A stretch of DNA of 64,000 nucleotides from Marsupella aquatica (lineage: Eukaryota > Plantae > Marchantiophyta), in contig OZ316897.1 in the NCBI GenBank assembly GCA_973895155.1, forward strand, positions 14,755,375-14,819,374, written 5' to 3'. How positions within the stretch are numbered: the first letter of the stretch is position 1; each line of letters begins with the position of its first letter. Position numbers and translations under genes: made by a program. A model generated the notes under the pieces. It worked only from the letters and a program-made list of their open reading frames with translations, was not told the origin of the DNA and ran no database searches. Positions 23,283 to 37,002 of this stretch are shown piece after piece.

Positions 23283-24236
23283 TTCTAGTACAAATTTTGT
23301 TCAATTCAAGTGGCAGGAGTGCCACATACGTTTAGTTCAATTGAAGTGCTTTTGAGTCTGTTTATTTACGCAATGTAATGGCCAACTTTTGTTCTGCATC
23401 ATTGCAATCCCTTTAGGATAGAAACTAAATGCTCTAGAATTGATGTAGGAACTCTAGTAGTAGAATGGCAGGATAGCTCTTTGCAATATCACATCAGAAA
23501 ATTCTAGCAATTTGCAGACAGGATTTCTCCAAGCAAAAGTGAAGCTTGCCAAGCATATTGCAGGACAGTTTGAATGGACCACAGAATTCTGAGCATTTGG
23601 AGATTCAAAGCATTATTCACAATGGTCTATTGACATTCAAGCTTTGCTGAATCATACATGGAAGTTTACTTCACAAAGTGTTGATTTATCTGTATTAAGC
23701 TCACCTCCAGAACTTTCCGCAGAGCTCTCATATCTGTCCTTAAATCTACCAAACAAATGACCAGATTGCTTCAGGATTGGTGGACAAGCTATGGCAGCAA
23801 GAACAAGAATAGCTATGGCAACAGTGGCAGCAGTGGTAGCTATGGTGGAAGCAGGATTTCAAAGCTCAAAGCCTAAGGCGGGAGCCTTGCGCAACAAAAG
23901 TTTTGTGGAAGCCAAATGGGGGCAAGAGCCAAATGGAAGCGGGAGCCAAAATCAGGTTGGCATGCTTGTAGCTGGGCCACAAGCATGAAGCGGGGCCAGC
24001 CACGGAGGCAGTGACCACCTACTGGAGGTTTTATGGCCAGGGCCAAGTCTCCTTGTAGCCCGTTGGCCACAAGGGATAAGGGCACCCCACACTCCCACCG
24101 TGATTTCTCCTCAGTACAACTTTGCGTGGCAGACGGCCCAACATTCCAGAGCACCCCTTGCCTGTACGTGCATGGAAGCTTGCTCTTAGGATCCCAAAAT
24201 ACGAAAGTGCATGGACCCCTCAACGTGCATGGACCT

Positions 24237-25713
24237 AGTTGCGGAACTCGACTACCTTAACACTAAGCTCCGATGTCGTTGACTCCGACGCCGAGCTTCC
24301 TTATGGTCCAAGCCCGGATACGCCATCCGGGGAGGACTTAGCATGGTGAGACTTGTGGGCAATGAGACGTGGCACTAGTGAAGGCAAGGTGCCAAGCTGG
24401 TGACACACACTAAGGACTTAGTTAGACTAGCTGAGTGCTGGTCGGGTCAAGGGGAAAGGGGCCGGGCTCAAGGTTGACCGTCCAAACCCCCGGAAGGACT
24501 TTGAGTTCTGAGGGCTTGAGTGAGAGCTCCTCTTGGGCCCAAGGCCAATGGAGTTGGCACCATGGGCAATGGACGCTTGGGGCGCAAGTTATGGCCTGAC
24601 CTGAGTTTGGCCGATCAGGGGCCCCAAGCTACGATGAGATCTGAGGGCCTTGGCATGAGCACTAGGTCGGCCCAATCACAACGGGCTAAGGCATTCCGCT
24701 TGTGGACGCCTAACGAGAAAGTTATGGGCGTTGCCAGTTGGTGGCGCACCCAAACATGCGGGATAGGGTCCGGGTTGTGGACCAAAAGTTGGTCCGGGGA
24801 TGACAGGTCTCCAGAAGCATATATGAGGGGAGTGGTGTCTCCTTGGGGGCTAAGGACGAGCTAAAGTCGTGAATTACGGTGGTCGCGACACCAAGGGAAA
24901 ATGCCAAACAAAAACGACAATCTTGACAAGAAGTCCGTTAGAAGACTTCTTGGCTGCATTGGAAAGCTCTCAAGGAGGGCTACATTCTCTTGAGCTCAGC
25001 TGGGTCTCGGGGTGCTGTAGGTTCTCGAGGTTTACGGGTGTTATCTCGCCCACTTGCCAAATCCTTTCGAAACAGTAGCCAAGCCGCATTCAGTCTCTCA
25101 AGGGAGCTTGCGTTGGGGAGGCAAGGCCAAGTAGGTGTGGAGGTTGAGTTCCAAGGGTGTTTGGCCCCTAGACCATCAGCAGGGCCAACCGGGAGTTGGT
25201 TGCTAGAGTCGGGGCCATTCTAGTCCTGACGTGTTGGGACAAGCTTGGGACAAGCTTTAGGACAAACTATGCTATTTGGGCTATGAACATGTCTTGGGGT
25301 CAGGGCGGTCAGTTGGTGAAGGATAGGTACGAGGGGGAACCCGGGCTGTGCCCAAGGAAGGAGCTGTTCTGGACGAACAGTGGACGTCTGTTCTGGTTTA
25401 TGGCATCGGGAGGACCTATAGTTGACCTACTTACCAGTGTTTGGTGAGCTTGAGTTATGATGCTAGACTCGGGGAGATCTAGATCCTGAAGGGTTATTTA
25501 CTGAGACGCTTGGTTACTTGTGCAGACAATCAGGACTGTTGAGTAGCGGTCATGTTGGAGAGCAAGTGTGGCTTCATATGGGAGAGGCCGCTGGTGGTGC
25601 AAGGGGCACTAGGTTGCTTGCTCGAGGTATTCCGTTTTGGTTTTCGGGCACCAGGGGCACTTAGGCGTGGGTGCTGGGATTGGTGAGGGCGCAGGGTGGC
25701 AAGGTCCACCACT
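24237..25713 (+). mobile_element. Complete solo LTR (1477 bp) of the AGT...ACT chromovirus family
   Basis: Starts AGTTGCGGAACTCGACTACC and ends AAGGTCCACCACT. No PBS follows. Flanks GACCT/ACCCT match at only 3/5. Confidence 0.93.
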
Positions 25714-26419
25714 ACCCTTAAACAAAAGTATGTTTTCCATTAAATCGATGTTTACTTGGTAACTTGACTACTCGATGAACTTGAACTTGAAAGACATCAA
25801 GACTTCATGCCATTACTTAGGATCACCATTATGGCTTGATTACTTTCTCCTCAAGGTTGTCAAAGTTGTTCACTATGATCTGTGACTGGTTACTTTTTCT
25901 GTTTGGTATAAAGGCGACGATAGCTTTAAGGAGTGGGTAGGGACATATCTTGGTCTGTTTGGGATTTTGTTGTTCATCCCATTGAAGCTTAGGAATAAAA
26001 TAGCAAAAATCATTGAACTGGTATCCCAAAAGCTCATAGCTCCTTCAATGAGGGGTCCAATTTGTTGATAAGATTGTTCCATGTGGTTGTTCCAATGCGA
26101 GGTAGCCAAAGTGACCATGGGTATGCTCATTGCCCTTTATAGTCAAAGCCCTCTCTTCAGGATGACACTACCAATGATTACATGATAAGTTTAGTAATTA
26201 AAATATTAACACAAAAAACTGATAACCAGGTCCATGACCAAAGATATTTTGGCCACTAAAGAATAGAATGGTATCTCCATCCAAATGATCACTTGGATGA
26301 GGTTCCAATCACTTGCATTAAGTTCTGCACTAAATTCAAGTCATCCTAGACAGTTCACATACATGTTTTATGTTTATCTATACATAGCTATACTTACAGT
26401 TTGTAATCTAGCAGACAAC

Positions 26420-26620
26420 TTGAAATGGAATCCCATCTGATATTCAAAAACAATCTAAACTATAAAATCTATCCTGGCAAAAAGTTTGAAATGGAATCCT
26501 GTCTGACGTTCCGAAAACAATCCAAATCTGCAATTCTATCATTGCAAAAAGTTTGAAATGGAATCCCATCTCACCTTCCAGAATAACTGAATAACCCAAA
26601 TGTAGAATTCTATCCTAGAG
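26420..26620. repeat. Three degenerate ~65-bp tandem units
   Basis: TTGAAATGGAATCCYRTCT at ~26420, 26485 and 26553. Confidence 0.75.
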
Positions 26621-29600
26621 TACCATTTCACAATAATGAAAGTCACGATGACATACACATTTTCGCGAAAACACATCTGAAATTTATGGAAACCTGTTTT
26701 CCTTCACCAGGCTGTCGGTCCTCCATTGGCCGGGCAGAATCGGCGCCGTACCATGGCGAATCAGGCAAAGCCATTGCACATTTTTCATACAGTCTTTTCC
26801 GTCTATTTTTTATTCAATTCGAGTAGAACGTTATGTGCTTTTTCGTGGCGGGAGTTGTCGCACCCATCGAATTAAGTATTATTATTATCAGTCCCGTTTT
26901 CCTCATTCGAACGTCATCCACACGCGTCGATCCTCCGGCAAGTTTGACGTCCGAGATGGGTCTTGACTGGAAGTTCTCCAAAGAGACAGAGCCAGAGTTT
27001 GACTGAGTGGGGCCCGCAATAATAAATAGGCAAACCCTCGCGAAATGCATCTGAAATAAGTGGGCCGTGGATATGGTGGATGGACGGTGTGGATGGCACG
27101 GGCCACATGTCAAGGGTCGTGCTCTTTTTCGACCAAAATATCTAATTCCGTACGGGAACGCCAATATACTGAATGAAGTACGTCCGTACTGGTGGACTGA
27201 CGTACTTACTCGGTGGCGTGCAAGAACGGAGTAATTAATGGGTTCAGGGTGCTAAAAAGATTCGTGTGGGGTTTATTGTAGGTAATTTCTGTGGCTCTTT
27301 CTGTTCTCCACGTGTCGAGTGTCCTCTCGTCGGAAAACAAAGATGCTGTCAAGATTCCGTATCTCATTTGATCGGATTACATTTGGACCTTCGGATTCTG
27401 GTTAAAAGGGGTCTGGCAAATGAAGACAAAAACACCTCGCCAAAAGCGTGGATTTCTTGTGAGGGTGGCATTTGGCGAGGTTTCGACAATTAAAAAATAG
27501 CTTGTTATTTCTGTATCAGTTATTGCTTTATTGATATTGATTGAAGGTTTCTGAGACACTTTTTGGGTTTCTGGGGTTTTCCCCTCTAAGAGAGGATTGT
27601 GCTTTGTATTTTTTTATTGTTCTTTATTTTTTACTGTTGTTGAAGGTAAAGGTGGCGGTGCACCATGAAATGCACAGCGAAATCCAACACGAGGCCAAAA
27701 AACACAAACCTGGGGCCCAGATGAAATGACAGGGGACCTCGGTCAGCAGGTGGGAATCTGAAGAGGAGTATTGTTATCTTACTGTGGCAGGGTTTTTAAT
27801 TTATTCTTTAATAAAAAAGCCAAGCACTGTATATGGCAGGGAATTGAAGTCTGTATCTGATCTAAGGGGCATTTTGCACAAGCCCAATATACATCACACT
27901 GCAAAAGGAAAAGAGTGTCAATCAAGGAGACAGGATCTCAAAGGCACGAGATCCGATAAAGGAGAGAAAGCGAGGCAAAAACCCCCAATCCCCTCTTAAT
28001 GGAAACCCTACTGAGCAGCAAACAAAAACCCTTACTGCCCTGCTGCAAACTGAATATCCTGGTAAATCTCCAAAGTAAATATTACAGGAGCTTTATACGA
28101 GCAATTAGTTGGCAATCTGTTGAATTGATTTTATGATTATTTTTGAAGTAAATCTATTCCCCATGAACCCATGGATGGGTGAACCAGCAGGTTCAAGAAG
28201 GCGAGTCAGGGGCCAGAAGGCCAAAGAAAGCAACATTTATAGTTTGGGTTACATGGGCGTCAATAGTGAACTTCTTCAGATCATCAGTACTCTATACACA
28301 AACATAATAGTCTTTGTCTCTATGAGAGGGCATTCTTGAGCCATCAGCAGAAATGGTGTACTTAATCTCTACTCTCTAGAGCCTACCTCCCAACCTGTAA
28401 AGAACCGAGTCCCTTCCAACTCGAGCACACCCATTGCTTGCAGTAGTCTTGTGTGTGGGTTGCCATGAGCAATTACAGCACCTGCAGCAGAGTTGTCTAG
28501 AATTGTCTCACGTGGTGCAAGGGAATTTAGAAGCCTCTTCCCGTGGGGCTTCATAAATAATTCTATGATAATCATGGCTAAACTTTCAGACTGTTACATT
28601 TCGCTGGACTGGAGTCAGAGACGTTTCTCCCTTCATATTAATATGGAGAGAGATTGTATCATACCAGCATCCCTGACTCTCCCCTAGTCTCCCTCTTCTT
28701 TGTTAATCAAATCTTCTCACCTGCAATGATTTGTGCATGAATTTCATCTATGTTCACCACTCTTCCCATCCCTCCATTTAATTGTCAATCTCATTGCTTT
28801 TAATTAACCACATACACAATTGTACGACATTTCTGTGCATTCACATCTATTCAAATCATCCTGTGAATACCATTTACCCCCTTCCGTCTTCCGTGTTTTC
28901 TTTATTTGTTAAACTCACATCATTTATCTTCTTGATACCCCTTGATACCATGCCCTCCTTCTCTGGTACAAACTGGCTTAATCCTTAGATTCATGTCAAT
29001 TTGGAGTGATTTGTTACATCTCTAGAATTACTTCCGACCTGTTTCAGTCTTTATTCACTGCTCAGCGTCCAAGGCTTGGCTGGCATTGTCCTTTGCTTCC
29101 ATAATTTGATGGACCTTGCAGTTACCTGTGCACACTTGTTGAACACACTAAGTAAACACACTGACTTGATTGCAAAAGAAAACAAAAGACAACCCGGATG
29201 TTCAAAACCAAGAGTCACACCATTCCAAAGTGGTAGGATGGTACATTGTGCTATCTAGGTTTTTTTTTTTAATGTGTGCTATTAGAGTATTGAGGCTCAC
29301 ATTTGGGGATAGTACCCCATTGTGGTGGCTCCAAAGGCCATCTTTAAATTAGAGCCTTTTGTGGTGGCTCCAAAGGCCATCTTTCAATTTCGAGCCTTTT
29401 GAGCACAAGCTCTTGTGACTATGGTGAGGCTGGCTAGGTTAAGTGTGTAATGTGAATTTCTTGAAGTGTAAGGTTCATTTGGCTTGATATATGTTGTGAC
29501 TGCATCAGGCGGTTGTGTGAGTTGTCGGTACTGATATTTGCTCATTGCTACAGTAGCGATGAGCATGTGCACGACACAAGCCATGCTCTCAAGGGACCCA

Positions 29601-31663
29601 ATTTATTAAAAGAGCCCAACTCAACTGTAGTATGCGAAGATGAAGCTACTATCTTATAGAATTAAAGGAATTTTGGAGCCAATTATGCTTATTGTGGATT
29701 AAACCACAGCTTCACATGTAAGGAGTGCAAGTAGCATATAGCTTTCATTCTACACATTCACAGTGAGAGCTATGGGCAAGAGTATTATTTTGAGGTCTAC
29801 CTTTTACCTCTACCTTTTAAGGTAAGCCCTCCATTTATTGGTCAGCCTAGTCGAGGAGGAATATGGAAAGGTAAATGAAAGGGAGGGCCTGAGCAAGGCA
29901 CACATTCACAAGGAAACCTCTCTCCCTCCCTCCAAGCTCTCATCCGAAATGTATTGCTTCTGACGACATCCGGCCCCATCGCCGGTCTTCATCCATATCC
30001 CTCTGCAGGTGCACGACTGTACTCAGCGCAACTGGATCGAAAAGTCGATAGGCTACACTAAGGCACAGGACTTGGCAATTCAATAATATAGCGACGCCTT
30101 TCATCGTTGAACGTGCAGAACGAGTCCAAATGGCATCAAAATTACGCCTGGAAATGCATTGTGTGAGGCACGAATCGACTTACAAACACTAACAGTCTTA
30201 CAACATCATCGAATTCTTGAGAGAGAGAGGCTGTGAGCGCAGGCGATTGTGGAGGACCAGGGCTGAAGATTGGCTGCGAGGGGATCGAGAGAGAAGGGCG
30301 TGGTGCGGGTGACGCACGGGAGAAGTGAAGGAGAGGGTCCATTGGCCCAAGGTGAGAATTGCTGATATATGCACGAGCGTGTGGGGAGTGGGCCAGTGGA
30401 AACAGGCAGACAGCCAGCAGCCCACGGGGCGTGCAGTGCAACTAGCCTTTCAAGATAGGCGTAAAGTAGAGATTGGCATTGGTGGAGAGGATCAAGCTCG
30501 GTAAAAGCGTAAAGGAGGAAAATGGCATTAAATCAGGTGCAGCGAGAGAGCAGCCAGCCCCACCATTTGGGAATCCAATTTGGAGTGCAGACATTGAACG
30601 AACCAAATTCTGCCAATGCGAAAATCTGGAATCCAATTTGGAGAGCAGAGATTGGACAGACCACAATCCGCCTATGCGACCCAATCGGTTCTCGATTCTG
30701 GCCTCCTTTAGTACGTAAGCTCCCGGTAAGTCTTGAGAATATTTGACACCAAATACTGTGTGCGTGGGTGGAGCGTGTTTACTTTTTTGCCTTGGTTGGA
30801 AAAAGCTTGATTCTCCATACTCCTGCGTTTTTTGGTGGCAAAAGGAAAAAGAAAAGTAAAAAGGCCGTAGGTGCAATTTAGCAACGAGACTCAGCAACTC
30901 GGACCAATGGAGACTCCGCCATAGGTCTATTCGACCCGACAAGCTACTGCACAACTACACAGTGAATCTCGAGTTCGTTGAAGAATACATGTGCCTGGGT
31001 GGGTTTCTCGAGTCCATCTGGATTGATTGCGTTGTCAATTTCTATGTGGGCGATTGGACCTAGCTTTTAACTAGACTTCTGAATCTCATCCTGGGATCAT
31101 ACCAAATGTACCTTAACTACGAAGGACGATTCAAGCTTATGATAAGATACAGACACATTCGATCATTTTACCTGCAGCCTGCTGCTTGTTTATATAGTTA
31201 TATATACTGAGCCCCAGGTAACTGACCACAAATGACTGCTCAAAGAAAATGCTACAGGGCCATATGTTCATTTCCAGACACAGCTGACGAATGTTCTGTC
31301 TGTCGTCTCGTGTATGCTGGAGCATGGTACATGACAGAGGGGCTACTCTCGCACATGCCTTACTTTGCAAGGCAAAACACTGTACCATTCAAAGATGCTC
31401 TTACAGATTGCAGACCTGGTACTGATAAAGAAGAAAGAAGGGCAATCTGGGGAGACAAAACTCTCTACACACACACACACACACATGAAATACTCTAAGC
31501 TTGCCATCTTTTGGAAAGTCATTTTTATTATTTTTGAGGTATCCTTTGCTGCATATTTTAAATGAGATAAGACTGTGTTTGCCTACGGTTGGGGGACAAG
31601 TGCTCATAACTCCCAGTAGTAGAATCATCACTTGGATAAGATATTCATAACATTTGCCTTTTG

Positions 31664-31761
31664 TTGACTGAGTGGCCGACCAAGGTTTTGACCTTAGTAG
31701 TCTGGATGGACTGGCCCCCTCACAGTTTGTGGGAGGGTTGGAATTTCAGTGAGACAGTCAA
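31664..31761 (+). pseudogene. Degenerate tRNA-Leu-like sequence (tRNA pseudogene or SINE head)
   Basis: Complementary ends TTGACTG/CAGTCAA, A-box-like AGTGGCCGA, GAC-CTTAGTA-GTC loop, variable-arm-like hairpin CTCACA-GTT-TGTGGG, and B-box-like GGTTGGAATT. The cloverleaf is imperfect. Confidence 0.25.
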
Positions 31762-32954
31762 GTGGGGCTGAGTTTTACTTGAATGCAATATTATTGACAC
31801 AATCATACTACTGTTGGTGAACTCTTTTAGCACTTGTTCTATTGTGTCTTATTGCTGTCTATGAGTAAACTATGGACTTTTGTGAGCAAATGATGTTTTT
31901 GTCTCTGCTTTAAGAGGCAGCACATGGATATGTGGCCTACAATTCTTTGTAGTGTAATTTGAACTTGAAGTTTGAGATATACTCTTACTATTTGATACGC
32001 CTTCGATCCCCAAACAAGTGCAATTGTACAAGGCCAGTGAGTGGTGTTTGAAAGTGGATAAGCTTACAAATGTAAATGAGATCTCCCATCATATGAATAA
32101 ACTCGCAATATACTTTTAGTCTTGCACTTATTTTGGGAATAGAGAAGGATATCACTTTGTCAATTAAAGTTCTTCGTAAATAATGGTTGTTTATGATGAC
32201 ATTATTTGAAATGTGGCAGGTACATTGAGTAGCCTTCTAACCTATATGTCCCAGACCACAAAGGTTGTTCAGTTGGCCCAAACTTGTTTTTGGCCTAAGA
32301 CTCCCCATGCCCGTCCATAACAACACTGCATATTCCCACTTATCAATTGTAGTATTTGGCCAACATTTTGTTACGGCATGAAATTCACTTATATGAGGAA
32401 ATCACATTCAGTCAATATATTCCACAAGAAGGAAAACCCAATCAAGCCCCACAAGCTCACATTGGGTGGCTCTGGAGGAGAAAAGACAAGCTCAAAATAG
32501 ATAGGTAGATGCAAGAGCGAAATAACACCAAGAAGCTGGTCACACCCCGGGGGTCACACAGACCCCTTGAGATGAAAATTAAATCAGCACAATAGTATTT
32601 GTTAGTCTAGTAATCTGCTCTTTATATACTATATTAGTTAGGGAGTTAGTAGATGTTGATTTTTTTTTAATAAATTTTAGTAGATGTTGATTGTAAGTGT
32701 AGCATTCAGAAAGTCAGCAGTTGTTGACTCAAGTGAAGTCAAGTGTCAGGCCTCATGCACAATTGCGTGAAACAATTTAACTGACGTCACCATGTTGAAA
32801 TTGAAAACATCAATTGTTCTTAGCATTATTTTTTGGAGGTGTTTTGAGATGATGTGAAAGTTTTGATGTCTTATAATTACAAAAGAAGCATACTATACTT
32901 TAGTGAAAATGTACTGCTCAGAGGTAGGATGCACATGTGAAACATCCAATTATG

Positions 32955-33268
32955 AGCAAGTAATCTACATGAGTACATGATTCACCTCTCCAAAGGTTAC
33001 ATCTACCAGAACACATAAGAGAACTTTAATACTAGTAAACTCATAGGCCCATTGTTGATTCCAAGCTAGCCTCTACAACACATTGAAGCTCGCCCTATGA
33101 CATCTCAAACAGCTCTGTAACAATGAAGTTCCACCCACAAGCTTTATTCATGTTTGTGCATACCCTTATTAACATAGCTAGCCTTGATCAAATTAATGCA
33201 TGACTATATGGTTAGACTAACTATGATTACAATTTAAGTAACTCTTGACTCAAGAATAATGCCTAACA
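32955..33268 (-). mobile_element. Degraded, truncated copia-type LTR of the same family as 35550 and 54090
   Basis: Reverse complement starts TGTTAGGCATT and contains ctcttatgtgttctggtagatgtaacc..gaggtgaatcatgta. Confidence 0.55.
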
Positions 33269-34178
33269 TCTAGATGGTAACATCCAGAAAAATATTTAGT
33301 GTTTGAGACTCTGAAATTTTTCTTAAATATGTCCTTACGAAGACTTGGTCAAAACATTACAGTTAGATGTCTTAAAATCAAATTAGAATGAAGTGATACA
33401 AAAGTCCTTTTTCAACCAAAACAAGCCTATTTTTAACCCTTGATAGTAGTCCTTCCAGGTATGTACATCCAATTGTCAAAAGGCCCCAGACTGTAAGCGA
33501 TTAGATTAGGAGTAGGCAATGTAACGACACAGACAAGAAATTATTTTGAGTTGCAAGGAGTGATTACTCTTGTTGAAAGCTCTCAAGGCTGACACACAAA
33601 ATTGCAGGGGTTATATGCGGTTCAAAATATGGATTTTTGATAGAAAAAACTGGGGAGATAAATTAAAGAGGGTATTATAAATTTATAGTACTATGTACCT
33701 TTTATAAAGTAAAATAGGTTGACCAATACTATTGAAAATGGAGAATGTTCTTTAAATGTATATATTTTTGTTAGAATATAAATCTTTATAGTTCACACAT
33801 GGTATCCCAAAAGTTACACTACGTTAAACCCCAGTTGGAAGAGGTCTAGATTTAGGTGAGTCTTACCCTCAAGTTAAAGAAAGAACATGGGACAGGCCAA
33901 GAAAGCAATGAAAACTAGAGGTATATGCTTGGTGGACCCCCAAACAGAAACATTGTGCTTGATCAACCCCCTGCTATTTTTTTTGCACTCATCAACCCCC
34001 TCTTAATGAGCCCTACATGATGTTCTTGTAGATGTTCTCCTAAGTCAAGATTTAGGCATACTAGGAACACACTTGGTCATTAGTGACTACCTCGGTGACT
34101 ACAAGCCCTGACTATCAGCTTTGCCCACTTTTGATGTGACTCCACAAAGGTCAAACTACAGGCGTTGAATGGGGATAG

Positions 34179-34475
34179 CTCGGGGGTTTCACTTCCACAA
34201 AAATGGCATATCACGTGCGACGAAGTATAGGATCATTTTATTGGGTCGAAGGGAAGTCTTAGGAATTTTCTCAGAAGAACAATAGGATCTTTTAAATCCA
34301 ATTTTGAGACTTATAAGAACATTAGGGTCCTTATAACCAAAATTTTGGTATATTCCAAGAATATTCCAACTTGATAAGGGTTGAAAAAATAATTATTTTT
34401 CTTACATTTTAGGTCTTCCAAGGCCTAAAAACGTTGCAGGTGATGGGGATGCATCCATATAGTGAGACCCCCGAG
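34179..34475 (-). mobile_element. MITE family A, copy 3
   Basis: TIRs CTCGGGGGTTTCACT / AGTGAGACCCCCGAG. Perfect 8-bp TSD GGGGATAG. Confidence 0.96.
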
Positions 34476-34548
34476 GGGGATAGTCATCGCAGCTATCATT
34501 CTTGGGACAAGCGCCTTGTTTCTGTGCCGTCCAAACTACAAGATTCGT

Positions 34549-35035
34549 GAAGACATTCACATGATTGAATGTCTTCTGTTTCATGAACATCATTCCTTGT
34601 TTTGGAAATTTCCTCCAGTAGATCTTTTTGAAGCCCCATTTTGCAAAAACTACTAAATGTTGAGTGTGTCCTGAAGACAATGTCCAGAATATCTTCCAAA
34701 CCCACCAGTATCAGCCATTCAGGCCAGCCTGCCCAAATGGCATGGGTGAGGAAAAGCTATTCTTGCGGAAGAAATTGCTAACTAAGTGTCATTTGAAGAT
34801 GATGTCCACAATGTCTTCAAGAGTGTTGACCATTTGCCCCAGTCACTTGAACGGTATGGGTTACTTAGCAAAAAATACTCTTGCTGAAAAAATGCTGAGT
34901 GTTATTTGAAGACAATCTCCACCGTGTCTTTGAAAACCACAAGTATTGGTCATTCACCCCGCCTGCATGTCATGGGTGAGAAAAAAATACTCTCACTGAA
35001 AAAAAGAGCCGATGAAGACAATGTTCACATTGCCT
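34549..35035. repeat. Degenerate ~110-125-bp tandem array, each unit carrying GAAGACA-Nn-TGTCTT
   Basis: Motif at ~34549, 34673, 34795, 34908 and 35014. Confidence 0.65.
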
Positions 35036-35549
35036 TTTGGCACCGTTTAGGGTCTTTCTAACCCTAAACCCACAAATCCTTGTATTTTTCTTGCAATTTA
35101 CTGCTCCTACCTGTCAATCAGTGGGCCCTTAAATTGGTGAATGAAGTGGAGCCTTGGGTCTTCCCAAACCCTAAGACTCCCTCCAAAATGAAGGTTTTTA
35201 TGTGAATATGGTTAATTTGGTTGCAGGGTCTGCTTTCATACAAATCATAGCATTGAATTGAAATGTTCAGAGGAAATGAAATAGAAAATCACACAAGAAT
35301 CTGATGCTAAAATCTTGGGTGTCTCTCTATATGTTTAGGCCCCATACCCTAAAACTTAAGGAAAAAGGTTTTCCTGGAATTTTTTAACCGAATTAATTTT
35401 GACTGTTCTTGAAGTATCCAAAATTTTGGAAAAACCAATATATACACCTTCCAACTACTAGTTAATATGCACCCTGTAAATTGCAATTTTACAGTGTAAG
35501 CCAGGCAGAAGTTATTTTGACCCCGAAACTAGTTTGTAGCTGCCCCTTT

Positions 35550-35874
35550 TGTTAGGTATTTACTCAAGGTCTAGGGTTATGACATGTAACCATAGTTGGA
35601 GACGTGGTTAGGTTAACTAGGATGCATGCACACTATATGTCAAGAGGTTTTTACTTCGATAAGTGGAACTAAGGCTCATTGTTATAGAGCAACTTGAGAG
35701 GTGAGGAGAGCTTACACTGTGGAGACTTGGTATCGCCGACGGGCGTAAAGTTCAGTATATCTCTCTTGTGTGTTCCTATGGACGTAGCCTCGAGGAGGTG
35801 AATCACATATCTCTTGTGTTGACTACTTGCACATCTCATGGTCTTGCCGTTGTAATTGTCATCTATGCTCAACA
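35550..35874 (+). mobile_element. Solo LTR, Ty1/copia-type (325 bp)
   Basis: TGTTAG...CTCAACA termini and perfect 5-bp TSD CCTTT. Contains the GGACGTAGCC...GGTGAAYCAC motif typical of plant copia LTRs. Confidence 0.88.
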
Positions 35875-37002
35875 CCTTTGGATTATTCTTATATGCAGAT
35901 TCCAACTATTTGAATTATTTTGGCTAAGTATTAGAAGGCAACATAGTAGGACATCTCAAGCTTGTTGTTTTCTTCATTCTGGTCAGCCATGATTGCAGGA
36001 AATTCCCGTCGCAACCGCAACTGAAACCCACTTTTTGGGAAACTGAGCTTTACCCAAGACAGTGGTTTCTGGTTTGAGACAGGTCACAACACCTGCTTGT
36101 GGTCAATTCAAGATCATCAAGAGCCTGTTTGATGCACTCATTTAACCTGAAGGACACTGGTGATTCTTGAACGCCGCCAATTCATTGACGGGTAATGATT
36201 TTCAGTGTGAACCCCAGATTTTGAACCAGTGACCCGTCCAGGCAGCATTCCAGTCACGGAAGCCTCCACGGAATAGCCCCACTAATTAAAGAGAGAGATC
36301 CCATAGTAATAAAATTAGTTTAGGGGGCAACTTAGTAATCTAATTCTATAATAGCAATAAAAAACTGCTCTTCAGGGCTGTTTAGAGTGAAGCTCTAGAC
36401 TGACTCTGGAAGTGGAACTGAAGTTGTGGGTGGACCCCAGGGTGGACTGGAGGACCGGAAGGGTGGGTAGGGTGAATCTTCAAAAATGGTGCAGCAGACT
36501 TGAATGTACTCACCTTTATTCAGGTTCAATGAACAGGCACTCATGCTAACCCAGTTTTGTTCAATTTAGGGGGTGACACACTTAAAAATGAGTAAGAACT
36601 AAGAACTTACCTTGATATTGGAGTTTGTGAAATTTAGTACATTGACACTCTGTTTTGTCAAATGGCATACTTTGCCACCCTTCCCCTTTCATCATCCTCA
36701 ACTCAATCTCAACATCTTGGCCCACCCTCAATTGATGAAGGGGACAGTGGGTGGCCAACCCAGAGTTGGGTGGGAGGAAAGTGAGAGACTAACCCAATAG
36801 CAAGGGTTAGAAAGCATGTTATGGTCAAAGTGGAGGACATGGAATGATGACCTCCAATGGTGAACCTGGTCGGATGTCCAGGGTCAGATTGTTGCAAGTT
36901 AACTAGAGTTACTTGCTTAACCCACTAATAATTAAACTGAAAAGAGTGATAAACTATGTATTTAAACAAAGAAGAGACAGAAATGCAGTAAACCTCAGAT
37001 TG

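Noticed and set aside
23400-23990. Possible gag remnant; also integrase-like scraps at ~25830-26300
   Set aside because: Too degraded; only vague motif impressions.
28100-31470. Possible decayed genes or MULE remnant around a divergent promoter-like region (30450-30880)
   Set aside because: Could not assemble a consistent exon chain or recognise a domain.
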